DNA of 21,103 nt, from assembly GCA_003280965.1 (NCBI GenBank), contig QCDI01000015.1, positions 1 to 21,103 on the forward strand, in the 5' to 3' direction. This stretch comes from Prochlorococcus sp. AG-355-B18. Its GTDB lineage: Bacteria > Cyanobacteriota > Cyanobacteriia > PCC-6307 > Cyanobiaceae. The notes under the pieces are model-generated. The model did no database searches. It was not told the DNA's origin and saw only the letters and a program-made list of their open reading frames with translations. The position numbers were made by a program, and so were the translations under genes. Positions 18,584 to 21,103 of this stretch are shown one piece after another. Numbering within the stretch: position 1 is the stretch's first letter; each line of letters begins with the position of its first letter.

Positions 18584-20917
18584 GTGACTGTTGCACCAAA
18601 TAAAGCTTCTTCAGAGAGCAATTCCAATAATCTTAAAAAAGATGATTTTCCAAAGACTGCGCCTGCTGCTTATCCTGTTTTTTTCAGATCTTACAGTAGA
18701 AAAACTGCATCTGGCAAAAGGGAGAACTGGAGTGAAGTAGGTGAAAGAAATTTATCGGGCTTAAAAGAATTAGGAAAACTTTCTGATGAAGAATTAATCC
18801 TAATGAAAGAGATGCAAAGAAACCAAAAAGCCCAACCTTCAGGGAGATGGTTATGGATTGGAGGAACTCCTTGGATTAACAAAAACCAAAATTTTTCTGG
18901 AGCATACAATTGTACTTCAACAAACTTAATTGATTGGGAAGCCTTTGCTTTGATGATGGACTTAGCAATGATGGGCTGTGGAACAGGTGCAATAATTGAG
19001 CCTCATTTTATAAATAATCTACCTACGGTAATAAACAAAATAAATATTAAATCAGTAAGTGAAGTTGGAATAACTCCTAAAGATCAAAGAGAAGAAAAAT
19101 CAACACTAGAAATTAAAGGAAAAGATCTTCATATCAAAGTTGGGGATAGCAGAAGAGGCTGGGTAGATAGCTATAAATATCTTCTTGAGGCATCAAGTAA
19201 CGAGAGTCTTGAAAGAGAAATTGATGTTTATATTAATTTGGAAGATATCAGGCCTGCTGGAGAATCATTAAAAGGTTTTGGGGGTATGGCAAACCCTATC
19301 AAATTAAAAGATCTTTACTCTAGAGTCGCATCACTTCTTGGAAAGGCAATTGGCAGAAAATTAAGTACAGTAGAGTGTTGTTTATTAATTGATGAAGCTG
19401 CAGTAACCATAGTTGCTGGGAATATAAGAAGAAGCGCTGGAATGAGACAGTTTGCTTCAGATGATAAGGAAGCAGCATCGGCAAAAGAAAATTTATGGAG
19501 TCAAGATGAGAATGGTAATTGGAGAATAGATCCTGAAAAAGATGCCCTCAGGATGGCTAATCATACTAGGGTTTACCATACAAAGCCCACTTACCAAACT
19601 GTTTTAGATGCTGTAACAAAACAATTCCATTCAGGTGAGGGAGCTATTCAATTTGCTCCAGAAGCAATCGCAAGGTCAAATGCAGATATTCTCAAAGATG
19701 ATGAATTGAGAAAGGAATTTATTGAAATCTACTCGGAACAAGGTAAGGATGAAGCGAGGAATTGGATAAATAGTAGTTATGGCCCATTCTCTGAAGAAGA
19801 GTTAGACCACAGGATGAGTCGATATGGACTTAACCCTTGTGGGGAGATCTTGGGAAATGATTTCCACTGCAATTTGGCTGAAGTTCATTTAAATCAGATC
19901 GATCCAAGCAATTTTGAAGAGCAAAAAAAAGCTTTTAAAGCAGCAGCTCTTTCTGTAGCATGCTTACTTAATCATGAATTTGAAGTTGAGCGTTACAGAA
20001 AAAGTAGAGAATATGACCCTATTGTGGGGGTAAGTTTCACTGGATTATTTGATTTTTGTGTCCATGCTTTTGGGACTCCATGGTTGAAATGGTGGGAAGC
20101 AGGAAGGCCAAATAGCGAAGAAGGAAAGGCTTTCAAGGAAAAGGAAGCTAAATTCCTAGATTCCTGGAGAAAAATAGTAAAAGAAACTGTCTGGGAATAC
20201 TGTGATAAACATAATCTAAGAAGACCAAACCGATGTACAACTGTTCAGCCAGCTGGGACTAAAAGTCTTTTAACAGGAGCTGCTCCAGGATGGCATCCAC
20301 CAAAAGCTCAAAGATTTATTAGAAGAATAACTTTCAGGAAAAATGATCCAATTGCTTTAGCATGCATGGATTATGGTTACTCAGTTGTCCCATCTCAATC
20401 TGATAAAGATGAAAATGGCTGCTTACTTGATAATCCATTTGATCCAAGATGTACAGAATGGTTAGTTGAAATCCCCACAGAAGTTAGCTGGGCAAATATA
20501 GAGGGTGCAGACCAAATAGACATCAATAATTTCTCAGCATTAGCCCAATTTGATTTTTATATGCAGGTTCAGAAATTTTACACAGAGCATAATACTTCTG
20601 CAACCGTAGAATTTAGAGAAAATGAAATAGAGGATCTAGCCAAAGCTATTCATAATGCAATAGAAAATAATGAAGGATATATTTCGGCAGCATTACTAGC
20701 TAGATTTAGTGCCAACGCAACTTTCCCGAGATTACCTTTTGAACCAATAAGTAAAGAGGAATATATATCATTACAAAATAAAGTAATAGAGAGGAAAGTT
20801 AATAACGATTTCTTTGACGCTCTCAATAAATATGATGTTGGAGAACTATCTGAAGCTGGTCCAGCTGGGTGCGATTCAGATAAGTGCCTGCTTCCTCTGG
20901 CTAAACCGAAAGATTAA
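18584..20917 (+). CDS. nrdJ: Class II adenosylcobalamin-dependent ribonucleotide reductase (monomeric RTPR-like)
   Basis: Motifs PSGRWLW, AYNC, VAGNIRRSA, active site NPCGEI, CNLAEV, TVQPAGTKSLL and C-terminal GCDSDKC. GTG 18584 is preferred over 18509. No intein seen. Confidence 0.95.
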   Translation: MTVAPNKASSESNSNNLKKDDFPKTAPAAYPVFFRSYSRKTASGKRENWSEVGERNLSGLKELGKLSDEELILMKEMQRNQKAQPSGRWLWIGGTPWINKNQNFSGAYNCTSTNLIDWEAFALMMDLAMMGCGTGAIIEPHFINNLPTVINKINIKSVSEVGITPKDQREEKSTLEIKGKDLHIKVGDSRRGWVDSYKYLLEASSNESLEREIDVYINLEDIRPAGESLKGFGGMANPIKLKDLYSRVASLLGKAIGRKLSTVECCLLIDEAAVTIVAGNIRRSAGMRQFASDDKEAASAKENLWSQDENGNWRIDPEKDALRMANHTRVYHTKPTYQTVLDAVTKQFHSGEGAIQFAPEAIARSNADILKDDELRKEFIEIYSEQGKDEARNWINSSYGPFSEEELDHRMSRYGLNPCGEILGNDFHCNLAEVHLNQIDPSNFEEQKKAFKAAALSVACLLNHEFEVERYRKSREYDPIVGVSFTGLFDFCVHAFGTPWLKWWEAGRPNSEEGKAFKEKEAKFLDSWRKIVKETVWEYCDKHNLRRPNRCTTVQPAGTKSLLTGAAPGWHPPKAQRFIRRITFRKNDPIALACMDYGYSVVPSQSDKDENGCLLDNPFDPRCTEWLVEIPTEVSWANIEGADQIDINNFSALAQFDFYMQVQKFYTEHNTSATVEFRENEIEDLAKAIHNAIENNEGYISAALLARFSANATFPRLPFEPISKEEYISLQNKVIERKVNNDFFDALNKYDVGELSEAGPAGCDSDKCLLPLAKPKD

Positions 20918-21005
20918 GTTTTAAATTATTTGTAAATAAAAAATATAAATTAGTTTTTAAATATTTAATTTATGGCTACCTCTTAAATAGGGACATAAAT
21001 TATTT

Positions 21006-21103
21006 ATGACATTAAGCTTAAATATAGGGAACTTATTTAATGATTCCTCTAGTCATGCTTTAGTGGATGAGCTACGAAAAAGGACCTCAGAAGAAGAAAT
21101 ATT
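21006..21103 (+). CDS. 5' part of a hypothetical protein (runs off the window)
   Basis: ATG at 21006, open to the edge: MTLSLNIGNLFNDSSSHALVDELRKRTSEEEI. AGGGA lies about 12 nt upstream. Confidence 0.55.
   Translation, partial: MTLSLNIGNLFNDSSSHALVDELRKRTSEEEI

Noticed and set aside
17649..18909. Short ORFs 17649-17834 (+) and 18691-18909 (-)
   Set aside because: They overlap prfC/methyltransferase and nrdJ on the opposite strand, with no motifs.
18584..20917. Intein or intron in nrdJ
   Set aside because: The frame is continuous at ordinary length, NPCGEI is intact, and no splice-junction or homing endonuclease motifs were seen.
20918..20975. Intrinsic terminator after nrdJ
   Set aside because: Almost pure A/T with no convincing stable stem.
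1..21103. CRISPR array, transposase, integrase, tRNA/rRNA, prophage or defence system
   Set aside because: No regularly spaced repeats or such protein motifs were seen. Intergenic gaps are all short and the genes are housekeeping types.

Overview
This AT-rich, gene-dense window looks like core genome of a streamlined marine picocyanobacterium, most consistent with a high-light Prochlorococcus (inferred from gene content, gene order and base composition). It holds about 22 genes, in order: a partial MidA/NDUFAF7-type methyltransferase, a TPM-domain protein, a TIGR04168-type metallophosphoesterase, nadA, ctpA, ispG, a family-4 uracil-DNA glycosylase, an aspartate aminotransferase followed by phnDCE, an SGNH hydrolase, DUF92, rsmE, DUF3531, an ABC ATPase, hslO, a CPP1-like protein, prfC, a SAM methyltransferase, class II ribonucleotide reductase nrdJ, and the start of one more ORF. 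I saw no RNA genes, mobile elements, CRISPR arrays, inteins or defence systems, and I cannot support a wholly new multi-gene system. The best sequence-level observations are four. (1) The metallophosphoesterase's first catalytic motif lies upstream of any ATG/GTG/TTG, implying a CTG/ATT start or a 1-nt shift in an A6 run. (2) The family-4 UDG appears to have lost three of its four [4Fe-4S] cysteines. (3) Two NrdR-box-like sites 31 bp apart precede nrdJ. (4) The phnDCE transporter has no catabolic genes nearby, has a phosphite-type binding pocket, and is tightly linked to an aminotransferase.
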